Shown: piece by piece, positions 19,215 to 28,042 of the stretch | How positions within the stretch are numbered: the stretch's first letter is position 1 | Layout of the letters: each line of letters opens with the position of its first letter | Assembly: GCA_040388415.1 (NCBI GenBank) | Contig: JAZKBV010000005.1 | Coordinates: forward strand, 3,364 to 67,363 | Direction: 5' to 3' | Length of the DNA: 64,000 nucleotides | Source of the DNA: Patescibacteria group bacterium | GTDB taxonomy: Bacteria; Patescibacteriota; Minisyncoccia; Phycocordibacterales; PALSA-1337 | Program-made: the position numbers and the translations under genes | Notes under the pieces: model-generated | The model's input: only the letters and a program-made list of their open reading frames with translations | Told to the model about the DNA's origin: nothing | Databases searched by the model: none

Positions 19215-20417
19215 TTATTGATTTAATAATTGAATGGCCTTATTCATGACGATATCGTTCTGTGGCGTCGATGAGGCAGATGATACTGCAAAGTCGGGTT
19301 CAAGTCCATTCTCTGACAAGTTGTGGCCGAGCGGGGTCATCCAGCGAGCCACGGTGACCTTGAGCGAAGTGTCGGCAGTGATCGGTATTAGCTCTTGAAC
19401 CACTCCTTTACCGAAGGTTTTTGAACCGATGAGTTTTGCCGCGCCGTTCTCTGAAAGTGCACCAGCAAGAATCTCAGAAGCTGAAGCTGAGCCGCCATCT
19501 ACGAGAATGTACATCTTGAGGCTCTTATCAAAGACGTTGTAGCCCTTACTCTTGAATATGTTCGGTGAACCCTTGGTGCCAAAGTCTTCAGTGACCACGG
19601 TTTTGCCTGCAGGAAGGAAATATGAGGCCATATCCCACGCTGCGTCGAGATATCCACCTGGATTGCCGCGAAGATCGAGGATGAGCTTATGCTTGCCAGA
19701 AAGGATGAACTCGCGGAGGCCGTTTCTGAAGAGATCTGGTGATTGAGCAGTGAAGCTATAAAGCCGGATGACAAAGACGTCACCACGAGTCTCAGTATCG
19801 AGTGTTGGGATATTGATAGTATCGCGAATGATCTTTCTGACAACCGGCGCTGTGGCACCGACAGGAAGGAAGGTGATATTGACCGCACTTCCCTTTGGTC
19901 CACGGATAATATTGACCGCCTTGTCGACTGGCATACCTTGGGTCGATGTCGCTTCGATCTTCAAGATAAGGTCTCCGCTCTTAACCCCTGCTTTGCTTGC
20001 AGGGCTGTCTTTGATTGGCGATATGACGAGGAGCTGATTATTCTTGATACCGATCTCCATGCCGACGCCGCCGAAGTTGCCAGCGATATCATCTTGGAAC
20101 ATCTTTGATTGGACTGGTGGGAAAAAAACGGTATAAGGATCATTTAATGAACCGGCGAGGCCTTGGATGGCACCCCAAACTTTGTCCTGAGAGGTACTGC
20201 TCGCTGACTTTACGTATTTTTGATCGAGTATAGTCCAGACTTTCCAGAATGGTGCGAACTGTTCATCGGAAACAATCGAGGTATCAGTGAGATGAGCATT
20301 GATGCTATAAAGCGCTTTCTCTTTTCCGGCGAAGTAACCAACTGAGAAGACCGCAATCAAGATACAGGTGCTGACAATGGTGACTGGGATGTACTTATTT
20401 TTAAAATTGAAATCCAT
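19215..20417 (-). CDS. ctpA: Carboxyl-terminal processing protease, S41 family
   Basis: The PDZ region is GDLILKI. The S41 catalytic block is LILDLRGNPGGYLDAAWDMASYFL. Confidence 0.85.
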   Translation of the reverse strand: MDFNFKNKYIPVTIVSTCILIAVFSVGYFAGKEKALYSINAHLTDTSIVSDEQFAPFWKVWTILDQKYVKSASSTSQDKVWGAIQGLAGSLNDPYTVFFPPVQSKMFQDDIAGNFGGVGMEIGIKNNQLLVISPIKDSPASKAGVKSGDLILKIEATSTQGMPVDKAVNIIRGPKGSAVNITFLPVGATAPVVRKIIRDTINIPTLDTETRGDVFVIRLYSFTAQSPDLFRNGLREFILSGKHKLILDLRGNPGGYLDAAWDMASYFLPAGKTVVTEDFGTKGSPNIFKSKGYNVFDKSLKMYILVDGGSASASEILAGALSENGAAKLIGSKTFGKGVVQELIPITADTSLKVTVARWMTPLGHNLSENGLEPDFAVSSASSTPQNDIVMNKAIQLLNQ

Positions 20418-20420
20418 AAT

Positions 20421-21392
20421 ATGTTATTAGTTGTTGAGCTATTATCTCATAAGTTATATAATACTTCCATGACAACAACTCATACCTATCGTGGCATAGT
20501 ATGGATCGACCTTGAATCACCAGATGAGAATGAGATCAGTAGTCTCGTCAAACGCTATGAGCTCCATCCGCTCGTCGGCGAAGAGCTTCGTAGTTCATCA
20601 TCGCTTGCCAAGATAGACGTATATAAAGACTACACCTTTGTCGTCCTCACCCTCCCTATCCGCACTCGTCATAATGACTCATATATCGTCGTCGATCGTG
20701 AAGTTGACTTCGTCATCGGCAAAAATTTCATTATCACCTCTCGTTTTGAGGCTATCGAACAGATTGAGTATTTCGCCAAGATTTTTGAAGCAAATGAGAT
20801 TCTTGGCAAAGAAGAAAAGATCGAACATGCCGGACATATCTTCTACTATATGGTCAAACGCCTATATAGTGGTATGAGAAATGATCTTGAAAATATTCGC
20901 GACGCCATCGTCTCAGCTGAAAACGGCATATTCAAAGGCGGTGAAAAGCACATGGTCAAGCATCTTTCGAACCTCAACCGTGAATTGATCGATTTCAAGC
21001 AGACAGCGCGCATCCATCACGACATCTGGGCCAACTTGAGCGAACATTCAGACAAGAGCGTATTCAACGTTGATTTCGTGCCTTATGTTGAAGATCTCAA
21101 GACGGATTTTACCCACATCCATGAGCTCATCATCAATGCGCGCGAGCTTCTCTCTGATTTGCGCGAGACCAATGATTCCCTGCTCAATACCAAGCAAAAT
21201 GAGATCATAAAAGACCTTACGCTCATCGCCTTTATCTTCTATCCTTTGACGACGCTTGCTGCTATATTCACTATCCCTGGTATGGACGTACCGCTCGTTG
21301 AGAGTCCGCATGGCTGGTGGACTATCATGATCGCTATGGGTATATTGTCCATTGGCATCTGGTTCTTCTTTAAGAAAAAGAAGTGGGTCTAA
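20421..21392 (+). CDS. CorA-family divalent cation transporter whose signature motif reads GMD instead of GMN
   Basis: A cytoplasmic alpha/beta domain is followed by two C-terminal TM helices. The motif is FIFYPLTTLAAIFTIPGMDVP, and the C-terminal basic tail is KKKKWV. Confidence 0.65.
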   Translation: MLLVVELLSHKLYNTSMTTTHTYRGIVWIDLESPDENEISSLVKRYELHPLVGEELRSSSSLAKIDVYKDYTFVVLTLPIRTRHNDSYIVVDREVDFVIGKNFIITSRFEAIEQIEYFAKIFEANEILGKEEKIEHAGHIFYYMVKRLYSGMRNDLENIRDAIVSAENGIFKGGEKHMVKHLSNLNRELIDFKQTARIHHDIWANLSEHSDKSVFNVDFVPYVEDLKTDFTHIHELIINARELLSDLRETNDSLLNTKQNEIIKDLTLIAFIFYPLTTLAAIFTIPGMDVPLVESPHGWWTIMIAMGILSIGIWFFFKKKKWV

Positions 21393-21398
21393 ACTGAT

Positions 21399-22844
21399 AT
21401 GGATATAAAATTATATAATACACTGACGAAGACGAAAGAAATCTTTAAGCCGCTTAAAAGTGGTGTTGTTGGCATGTACCATTGTGGACCAACGGTCTAT
21501 GACCAGGCGCATATCGGCAATCTCCGTGCATATGTCTTCGCTGACACATTGCGCAGGATGTTCGAATATAATGGCTATGAAGTAAAACAAGTCATCAATA
21601 TCACTGATGTCGGGCATCTTTCTGGTGAAAATGCGGGCAATGCTGATCAGGGTGAAGACAAAATGACGAAGGCACTTATCCGTGAGAATATGCCGCTTTC
21701 ATTGGCGGCGATGCGTGAAGTTGGTACAAAATATTTTGATGCGTTTGTCGAGAATCTCAAAGAACTCCATATCGAGCTTCCGCAGGCCTTTCCACGTGCC
21801 AGCGATACTATCGCTGAAGACGTCGAGCTCATCAAACAGCTTGAGAAAAATGGTTTCGTCTATCAGCTCAACGATGGCGTGTATTTTGACACAGGCAAGT
21901 TTCCTACATATGGAAAATTAGGCGGCATTGACCAGATCGATCTGACAGAAAATGAAGCACATGCGCGTATTACCCAAAATACCGACAAAAAGAATCCTCG
22001 CGACTTTGCTGTATGGAAATTGTCAGCAAAGCAGAATGTTGGCGAAGAAAGCGTTTTGATCGGTTGGGATAGTCCATGGGGCAAAGGCTTCCCTGGCTGG
22101 CATATAGAATGTTCAGCTATGTCGCGCATGATTCTCGGTCAGCCTTTTGATGTTCATACTGGCGGTATTGATCATATCTCTGTCCATCACAACAATGAAA
22201 TTGCTCAGTCTGAAGCTGCATACGGCACCACTCTCGCCAACTACTGGATGCATAATGCGTTCATTACCATAAAAAAAGCAAAAATGGCAAAGTCAGAGGG
22301 TAATTTTCTTACTTTGGATACTCTCGAACTTGAGCATATCTCTCCCCTCGCCTATCGTTATTGGTTGCTCACGGGACACTACCGTTCGACGGTGAACTTC
22401 ACCGGAACTGCCGTTCAGGCGGCTCAAAAAGCCCTTATACGCCTCCTTGCTACAGTGAGCGGTTATCCAGATGGTGGAGCGGTTATACTTGCCTATAAAG
22501 AGCGTTTCTGGGCTTTTATCAATGATGATCTGGATATACCACAGGCAGTCGCTCTCGTCTGGGATCTCATCAAAGATACAAAAGTATCACCTGCAGATAA
22601 ACGCGCTACCATCCTCGATTTTGACCGAGTGCTCGGTCTCAATATCGAATCAGTACCACATATCGCTGCACCTATCGCTGATGCTAAAGATATACCGATT
22701 GAGATCACGGTGCTTGCAGAAGCGCGCGAGGAAGCTCGTAAAGCAAAAGAATGGGCAAAGGCTGATGCGCTCCGCACAGAGATCCAAGATCGTGGTTTTG
22801 ATGTCATCGACAGCGAGAATGGTTTTGTCGTCATCACTCGGTAG
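21399..22844 (+). CDS. cysS: Cysteinyl-tRNA synthetase
   Basis: The N-terminal motif is MYHCGPTVYDQAHIGNLRAYV. KMSKS is KMAKSEGN. The zinc-binding motif is WHIECSAM. Confidence 0.9.
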   Translation: MDIKLYNTLTKTKEIFKPLKSGVVGMYHCGPTVYDQAHIGNLRAYVFADTLRRMFEYNGYEVKQVINITDVGHLSGENAGNADQGEDKMTKALIRENMPLSLAAMREVGTKYFDAFVENLKELHIELPQAFPRASDTIAEDVELIKQLEKNGFVYQLNDGVYFDTGKFPTYGKLGGIDQIDLTENEAHARITQNTDKKNPRDFAVWKLSAKQNVGEESVLIGWDSPWGKGFPGWHIECSAMSRMILGQPFDVHTGGIDHISVHHNNEIAQSEAAYGTTLANYWMHNAFITIKKAKMAKSEGNFLTLDTLELEHISPLAYRYWLLTGHYRSTVNFTGTAVQAAQKALIRLLATVSGYPDGGAVILAYKERFWAFINDDLDIPQAVALVWDLIKDTKVSPADKRATILDFDRVLGLNIESVPHIAAPIADAKDIPIEITVLAEAREEARKAKEWAKADALRTEIQDRGFDVIDSENGFVVITR

Positions 22845-22855
22845 CAACACCAAGT

Positions 22856-23104
22856 TTATTCAGCAAACGACCGGCGAATATCTCTCACCTCCTCTTTCAT
22901 TTCACCGAGATAATCGAAAGTATCTTGCCGACTGGACTCTATTTTGTCCTCTACCTCAGCGAGTCTGCCATATATACGCGACTCAGCAGCGTCAATGCGC
23001 TCTTCGAGGCGTTCGAAGCTTCTCCCTATAGAGACAGCGATATCGTCTCCATTTTTATAAATAACACGCTCTATCAACTCAAGGTCTTTTGATTCTAATG
23101 ACAT
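22856..23104 (-). CDS. Hypothetical small acidic coiled-coil protein
   Basis: An 82-aa ORF rich in E/R heptads. No motif. Confidence 0.35.
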   Translation of the reverse strand: MSLESKDLELIERVIYKNGDDIAVSIGRSFERLEERIDAAESRIYGRLAEVEDKIESSRQDTFDYLGEMKEEVRDIRRSFAE

Positions 23105-23232
23105 GCGAAAAAATATTACGTTACTAATGCCGTAAGTATAGAGGGGCGTGATAAAATTCTCCTCAAAAAATATTCAAAAAACGATAAAGTTTCCCTCAAG
23201 AAACGCTGAAGATTTGGATGGTCCGCCGTGCT

Positions 23233-24033
23233 TTATTCGGCAAGCTTTTTGACTTCGGCGACGATCTGGTCGAGCGATGAAGATGCTTTGACCATGTATT
23301 TGGCTGCGCCGAGCATCTTTGCCTTTTCTATGTCGCTTGGCTTGCTCAAGTTGGAGAGGATCATGGCGGGCACTTTTTTGAGGCGCTCGTCCATGCGCGC
23401 TTTCTGAAGGATCTCAAAACCATCCATGCCCGGCAACATGAGGTCGAGGATGATGATATCAGGCACGTTGTCTTTGAGGTGCGCTATGGCCTCCTCACCG
23501 TTCTTTGCATGCGAGAGGTTGAAACCGGATGAGATGAGCTTTTTGGCGAGGATAGAGCCGATGAGCTTGTCATCTTCGACCCACAGGACGTTTTTACCGC
23601 CAACAGGTGTGGTCGGTGCAGATTGCTTCTGCTCTGCGTTGCCCTGATGTCCAAAATGAGCGTTGATGCGCGCAACGAGATCAGCAGGGTCAGGTTTGAG
23701 AGAGACGACGTATTCGGTCACGCTGCCTTCAGGCACGCGGCGCATATTGATGGGCACTCCTTGAGTCGAGAGGATGAAGACAGGTATCTTGCTCAACATG
23801 ACTTCGGCATTTTTTTTGGCCAAGATGTCATACGCATCAGTGCCGGATATGACGAGATCGATGATGATGAGCTGTGGCATCGTATCGTAGATCGCCTTGA
23901 GGCCTTCGGTGCCGTCTTTGATGAGAAATGTGACGTATCCTTCTGCTTTGAGCGCATTTGATAATTGTTCACCAAGACCTGCATCGCCTTCGATGATGAG
24001 GATCTTCTCTTTTTTTGTTGAGGTTGTTGACAT
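23233..24033 (-). CDS. Response regulator with two tandem receiver domains and no output domain
   Basis: REC1 reads ILIIEGDAG...IIIDLVISGTDAY. REC2 reads VLWVEDDKL...IILDLMLPGMDGFEIL...KVPAMILSN. No histidine kinase lies nearby. Confidence 0.75.
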   Translation of the reverse strand: MSTTSTKKEKILIIEGDAGLGEQLSNALKAEGYVTFLIKDGTEGLKAIYDTMPQLIIIDLVISGTDAYDILAKKNAEVMLSKIPVFILSTQGVPINMRRVPEGSVTEYVVSLKPDPADLVARINAHFGHQGNAEQKQSAPTTPVGGKNVLWVEDDKLIGSILAKKLISSGFNLSHAKNGEEAIAHLKDNVPDIIILDLMLPGMDGFEILQKARMDERLKKVPAMILSNLSKPSDIEKAKMLGAAKYMVKASSSLDQIVAEVKKLAE

Positions 24034-24162
24034 GCGTGTATTTTAGCATAGTAATTTGTATTTCATGCAAGCTGTTTTCCACTGAATGTACAATCTGAGA
24101 ATTGTGTGCTAAAAATACGAAGGTTTTGAAACATTGAAATAACCCTAACTGAAAGGATCCTT

Positions 24163-24843
24163 ATGAAAGAGAGAGATGTTGTCGCGGTTGATGGTACGGG
24201 AGCAGCGGGCAAATCTGCCTGCGCAAAAGTTGCTCGATTGCTTGGCTATGCTCCTCTTGATACGGGGATGATCTACCGGACGATTGCACTGCTCGTTCTC
24301 AGGTCAGGCATTGATCCGTATGACGTCGAGTTCGTTACTCGTCTGGTCATTAGTAATTTTGGTCGCATTTCATTTTGGAACAGTCAGCTTATTCTCGACG
24401 GACAAGTTGTCCGTGACGAAATTCGTGTGCCGAAGGTCACTGACATTGTCCCTTACATCGCCAAAATACCTGCCATTCGTGAATTGGTAGTTCCGTTGCA
24501 GCGTAGTTTTGGCGAGGAAGAGGGTTTGGATATCATCGTCGAGGGCCGCGACATTGGTTCGGTCATCTTTCCTCAAGCGCGCGTAAAGATATTCTTGACG
24601 GCTGATCTGAACGTGCGCGCCCTTCGTCGCTGGAAGCAGTATCGGGAAAAAAATCCTGCGTATTCAGGTACGCTCAAGGATGTCATCGTTGAGTTGAACA
24701 GGCGGGACCTCGAGGATACCAATCGTCCCGACTCCCCCCTCAAGCGACTGCCGGAAGCGGTATTCATTGACTCGACTTTCATGAGCCAGGAAGAGGTCAT
24801 TCAGAAAATGCTTCAGGCGTGCCAGAAGCCGGTTATGGCCTAA
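24163..24843 (+). CDS. cmk: Cytidylate kinase
   Basis: The P-loop is VAVDGTGAAGKSACAKVA, followed by GYAPLDTGMIYR. Confidence 0.85.
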   Translation: MKERDVVAVDGTGAAGKSACAKVARLLGYAPLDTGMIYRTIALLVLRSGIDPYDVEFVTRLVISNFGRISFWNSQLILDGQVVRDEIRVPKVTDIVPYIAKIPAIRELVVPLQRSFGEEEGLDIIVEGRDIGSVIFPQARVKIFLTADLNVRALRRWKQYREKNPAYSGTLKDVIVELNRRDLEDTNRPDSPLKRLPEAVFIDSTFMSQEEVIQKMLQACQKPVMA

Positions 24844-25031
24844 ACTAGCCTTGCGTCTCTATCTCAATCGCGCGCATCACATAGGTGGTGTACGCGATTT
24901 TTTATTGTACGAGTGGATAATAGTGTATGTAAGAAAATAATTGACAATACGTCATATAAAATGGTATAATATGGCACGGTTTTAGAGATAGTTGAATATT
25001 TACATAAACACAACAACGAAAGGAACGTCAC

Positions 25032-26234
25032 ATGAAAATGATACTTATGGCAGTCATGCTCTCATGCATGGTCTGCACTTCACACGCGGAATACGAGATT
25101 CTTGTTACCGATACCGGCACCAATGAATCGTGCCTCTATGGCATCAACACGCAAGGCTATGCAGCAGGGTTCACTATGGTCAATGGACAAAGCATGCCCT
25201 GGATGATCACTCCAGAACTGGGGCAGATCATCCTCCCTGCTCTGCCGGCTGGATCGACGCAACATGGCATCGGGTATGGTGTCGATGATAACTATAATGT
25301 GGGTGGAAGCTATGGCGGTTACTTCAACGCTACAAGCCCTTTCCGCATCAACAACGGCATCGGTTGCGTATGGAAGTGGAATGGCAGTGTCTTCACGCCA
25401 ATCGAGTTCGGCAGTCGTCCCACGACTATTCGCTCCATGAACAATGGATGGTTCGCTGGTCAACAATCGCCAGGTGACACCGGCTTCACTGATAACGCAT
25501 ACACCTACTTCGGGTTTGGCACGGGAAATCCGTCTTTCCTGAATGGTGTCAATGCGCTCGGCGATGCGACCGGGTATGGCTCTCCTGCCAATACGACGAT
25601 GATCCCTATGTTCGTCAAGAACAATGGCTCAGGCTACAGCGTCACCTATGCGCCAGGACCGTATAACTGGAATGCATATAGCTCAGGAACTGCTATCAAT
25701 GTTCACGATGAGATCGTCGGAGTCAATGCCACAAGCGGCTTTTACTGGAATACGTCGAACAATGCCGTTCAGTTTTTCGGCAATGTCTGCTACGGCATCA
25801 GCGATTCAGGAACGATCGTCGGGAACCTGAACGGCCATGCCCATCAATGGAAGAAAGTGAATGGCATCTATGTCGGCACTGACCTCAATACGCTCATCAG
25901 CGATACGAACCTCGTCCTCGAGACGGCGTTCGGCATCAATGCAAGCGGACGGATCGTCGGCCGGTGCTTCGACAAGAAGCAGAATGCCTTCCATGGCTTC
26001 ATGCTTGTACCTGCGACGCCCGTTGGTATGAGTCTGCGTCCTGATTCGCCCGGGTATGCGCGGTTGCGGTGGCAGTCACAAGCCAATCGTGACTACTCTA
26101 TCCGTATCAGCACTGATCTCAAGCACTGGGTCACGTATCCAGGAGTCTATGAGTCAACTGATTCCACTGCTAACGTTCTCGTTCCGACTGACGAGGCCAA
26201 GTTGTTCCTCAGGGTTTTTGATGTCACGCCGTGA
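25032..26234 (+). CDS. Secreted HAF-like extracellular repeat protein
   Basis: Signal peptide is present. Repeated G(I/V)N..G.IVG units are seen (GINTQGYAAG, GVNALGDATG, GVNATSGF, GISDSGTIVG, GINASGRIVG) together with NAFHGFML. Local GC is higher than in the flanks. Confidence 0.45.
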   Translation: MKMILMAVMLSCMVCTSHAEYEILVTDTGTNESCLYGINTQGYAAGFTMVNGQSMPWMITPELGQIILPALPAGSTQHGIGYGVDDNYNVGGSYGGYFNATSPFRINNGIGCVWKWNGSVFTPIEFGSRPTTIRSMNNGWFAGQQSPGDTGFTDNAYTYFGFGTGNPSFLNGVNALGDATGYGSPANTTMIPMFVKNNGSGYSVTYAPGPYNWNAYSSGTAINVHDEIVGVNATSGFYWNTSNNAVQFFGNVCYGISDSGTIVGNLNGHAHQWKKVNGIYVGTDLNTLISDTNLVLETAFGINASGRIVGRCFDKKQNAFHGFMLVPATPVGMSLRPDSPGYARLRWQSQANRDYSIRISTDLKHWVTYPGVYESTDSTANVLVPTDEAKLFLRVFDVTP

Positions 26235-26248
26235 TACCGAAAACGCAC

Positions 26249-26284
26249 AAACCCGCTGGTTTTTATCAGCGGGTTTTTTATTTT
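26249..26284 (+). terminator. Rho-independent terminator
   Basis: The hairpin aacccgctggtttttatcagcgggtt is followed by a T6 run. Confidence 0.65.
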
Positions 26285-26293
26285 ATTGGTTAC

Positions 26294-26656
26294 TTACCAC
26301 ATCGCTTTCCACTCGCCGGTCTCAGGATTAAACTCAGTCAAATTACGGCCACCTATCCATTTGTCACCCTCGTAAAATTCCATGCTGACGGCGGTCTCTG
26401 CGCTAGACATTTCGGGGTAGGTACCCTTTCTTCGGTACTCATAGTGTATGCTGTCGCCGATCTTATCGCCGGCAACTTTTATTTCTAGCAGATAGAGGCC
26501 AGCAGCATCATGCGCTTCACGTAGAACCTCACGCTCTTTGCCCTCAGTGAGCCTAGCCATGATTTCTAGTACTTCTTCACGGTTTGGAATCAGCTCCTGT
26601 GGTCCTCGTTCAAATTGTCCGGCAAATGCGATCATGTGGAGTATTATATCACTCAA
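26294..26656 (-). CDS. Hypothetical protein
   Basis: A 120-aa ORF with no motif. Confidence 0.4.
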   Translation of the reverse strand: MSDIILHMIAFAGQFERGPQELIPNREEVLEIMARLTEGKEREVLREAHDAAGLYLLEIKVAGDKIGDSIHYEYRRKGTYPEMSSAETAVSMEFYEGDKWIGGRNLTEFNPETGEWKAMW

Positions 26657-26794
26657 ACTATTTTAGCCTATTACAACAATCAGGAAAATCGTTTCTGATG
26701 AGATGATTTTCTTTTATTTGATTATCTCGTCTCAAAATCTTGAGTCATTTTGAAAGTCACCTTACCTCTAAGTTTTCCGCCTAAGCCTTTCCTT

Positions 26795-27205
26795 TTACTG
26801 AGTAATAGTTGGAGCTTCTGGCTTCACTTGAAGCTTTTTAAGCGCATTCAAGCCTATGATAGCAGAAACCAGTGTAGCAACTGGGATAATTTCTGATGAG
26901 GTACTCTTTGACATCATGGCAAAATTTCCGATTACAATAGCAGCAGAAATAACGAGGACAATGATAAGTTTTGACTTAGTGCTAGCTGAAGGAGTTTCTT
27001 TGCGGATCTTGTGACCAAGAACGATATATACGATGCTTATGATAATACTGACGACGAGTGCAATAGTAAGACTAGGTAAATTTAATTGTATTATAGTGAG
27101 TGCGACTAGGGCGATTAAACCAATGATGCCTGAAAAATACCCGAGTCCTTCTATTGTTAATCCGGCGTTCTTAATCTGTTTGAGAGCTTTTTCTTGTGGT
27201 TGCAT
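26795..27205 (-). CDS. Hypothetical multi-pass membrane protein
   Basis: A 136-aa ORF with three hydrophobic helices. Confidence 0.45.
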   Translation of the reverse strand: MQPQEKALKQIKNAGLTIEGLGYFSGIIGLIALVALTIIQLNLPSLTIALVVSIIISIVYIVLGHKIRKETPSASTKSKLIIVLVISAAIVIGNFAMMSKSTSSEIIPVATLVSAIIGLNALKKLQVKPEAPTITQ

Positions 27206-27225
27206 GATCGTTTATTTAATATTAA

Positions 27226-27984
27226 TTACTTCCTACTATCCCCTTTTATCGTCGCAATCGCCTCCTGAACTGTCGTCATGAACTGTGCAGGGAAAATGAT
27301 GGTTGAATTCTTTTCCGTAGCGATCTCTGACATGGTCTGGAGGGTGCGCAACTGGAGCGCGACCGGATGCATAGCGATGATGTCAGCGGCTTCGCCGAGT
27401 TTGACGGCAGCTTGGAATTCGCCTTCAGCAGCCACGATCTTTGCACGGCGCTCGCGTTCTGCTTCGGCTTCCTTGGCCATAGCGCGCTGCATGTTGTCAG
27501 GAAGGACGATGTCTTTGATCTCAACGGCAGTCACCTCTGCGCCCCATGGCTCCGTATGAGCGTCGATGACATCCTTGATCTGCACATTGATATCGCCCGT
27601 CTGTGAGAGGAGCTGATCCAATGAGAAGCGACCCACAATGTTACGCACGGTCGTCTGACTGATCTGATTGACTGCTGAGTAGACGTCCTCGATGGCGATA
27701 ACTGACTTCTGAGCATCAGCGATGTGATAGTACGCCACTGCCGCAATATCGATCGAGACATTGTCTTTGGTGATGATCTTCTGTGAAGGAATATTCATCG
27801 TGATTGTGCGTAGTGTGACCTTCGTCATCTTTTCCAAGATCGGGATGAGGATGATCAGTCCTGGGCCTCTGACGCCGGTACATTTACCCAGGAAGAAGAT
27901 AACGCCACGGTCGTACTCTTTGACGACGCGGAGGGATAAGAGAGCGAGGATGACGAGGACTATGAGGATGGTTGCGATTGGCAT
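27226..27984 (-). CDS. SPFH/band-7 (stomatin/prohibitin-like) membrane protein
   Basis: An N-terminal TM helix is followed by the SPFH signature [55 protein letters not shown] and a C-terminal coiled coil. Confidence 0.8.
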   Translation of the reverse strand: MPIATILIVLVILALLSLRVVKEYDRGVIFFLGKCTGVRGPGLIILIPILEKMTKVTLRTITMNIPSQKIITKDNVSIDIAAVAYYHIADAQKSVIAIEDVYSAVNQISQTTVRNIVGRFSLDQLLSQTGDINVQIKDVIDAHTEPWGAEVTAVEIKDIVLPDNMQRAMAKEAEAERERRAKIVAAEGEFQAAVKLGEAADIIAMHPVALQLRTLQTMSEIATEKNSTIIFPAQFMTTVQEAIATIKGDSRK

Positions 27985-28042
27985 GGGTTGGGAGTTAGCG
28001 GTTAATGAGGATATTATAGCGCTTTTCGAATACAGATGATAA

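Noticed and set aside
22471-23031. 186-aa + ORF spanning the cysS 3' end and the antisense of the small gene 22856..23104
   Set aside because: It overlaps the well-supported cysS reading frame out of frame. Its Ser/Leu-rich composition is typical of a spurious frame.
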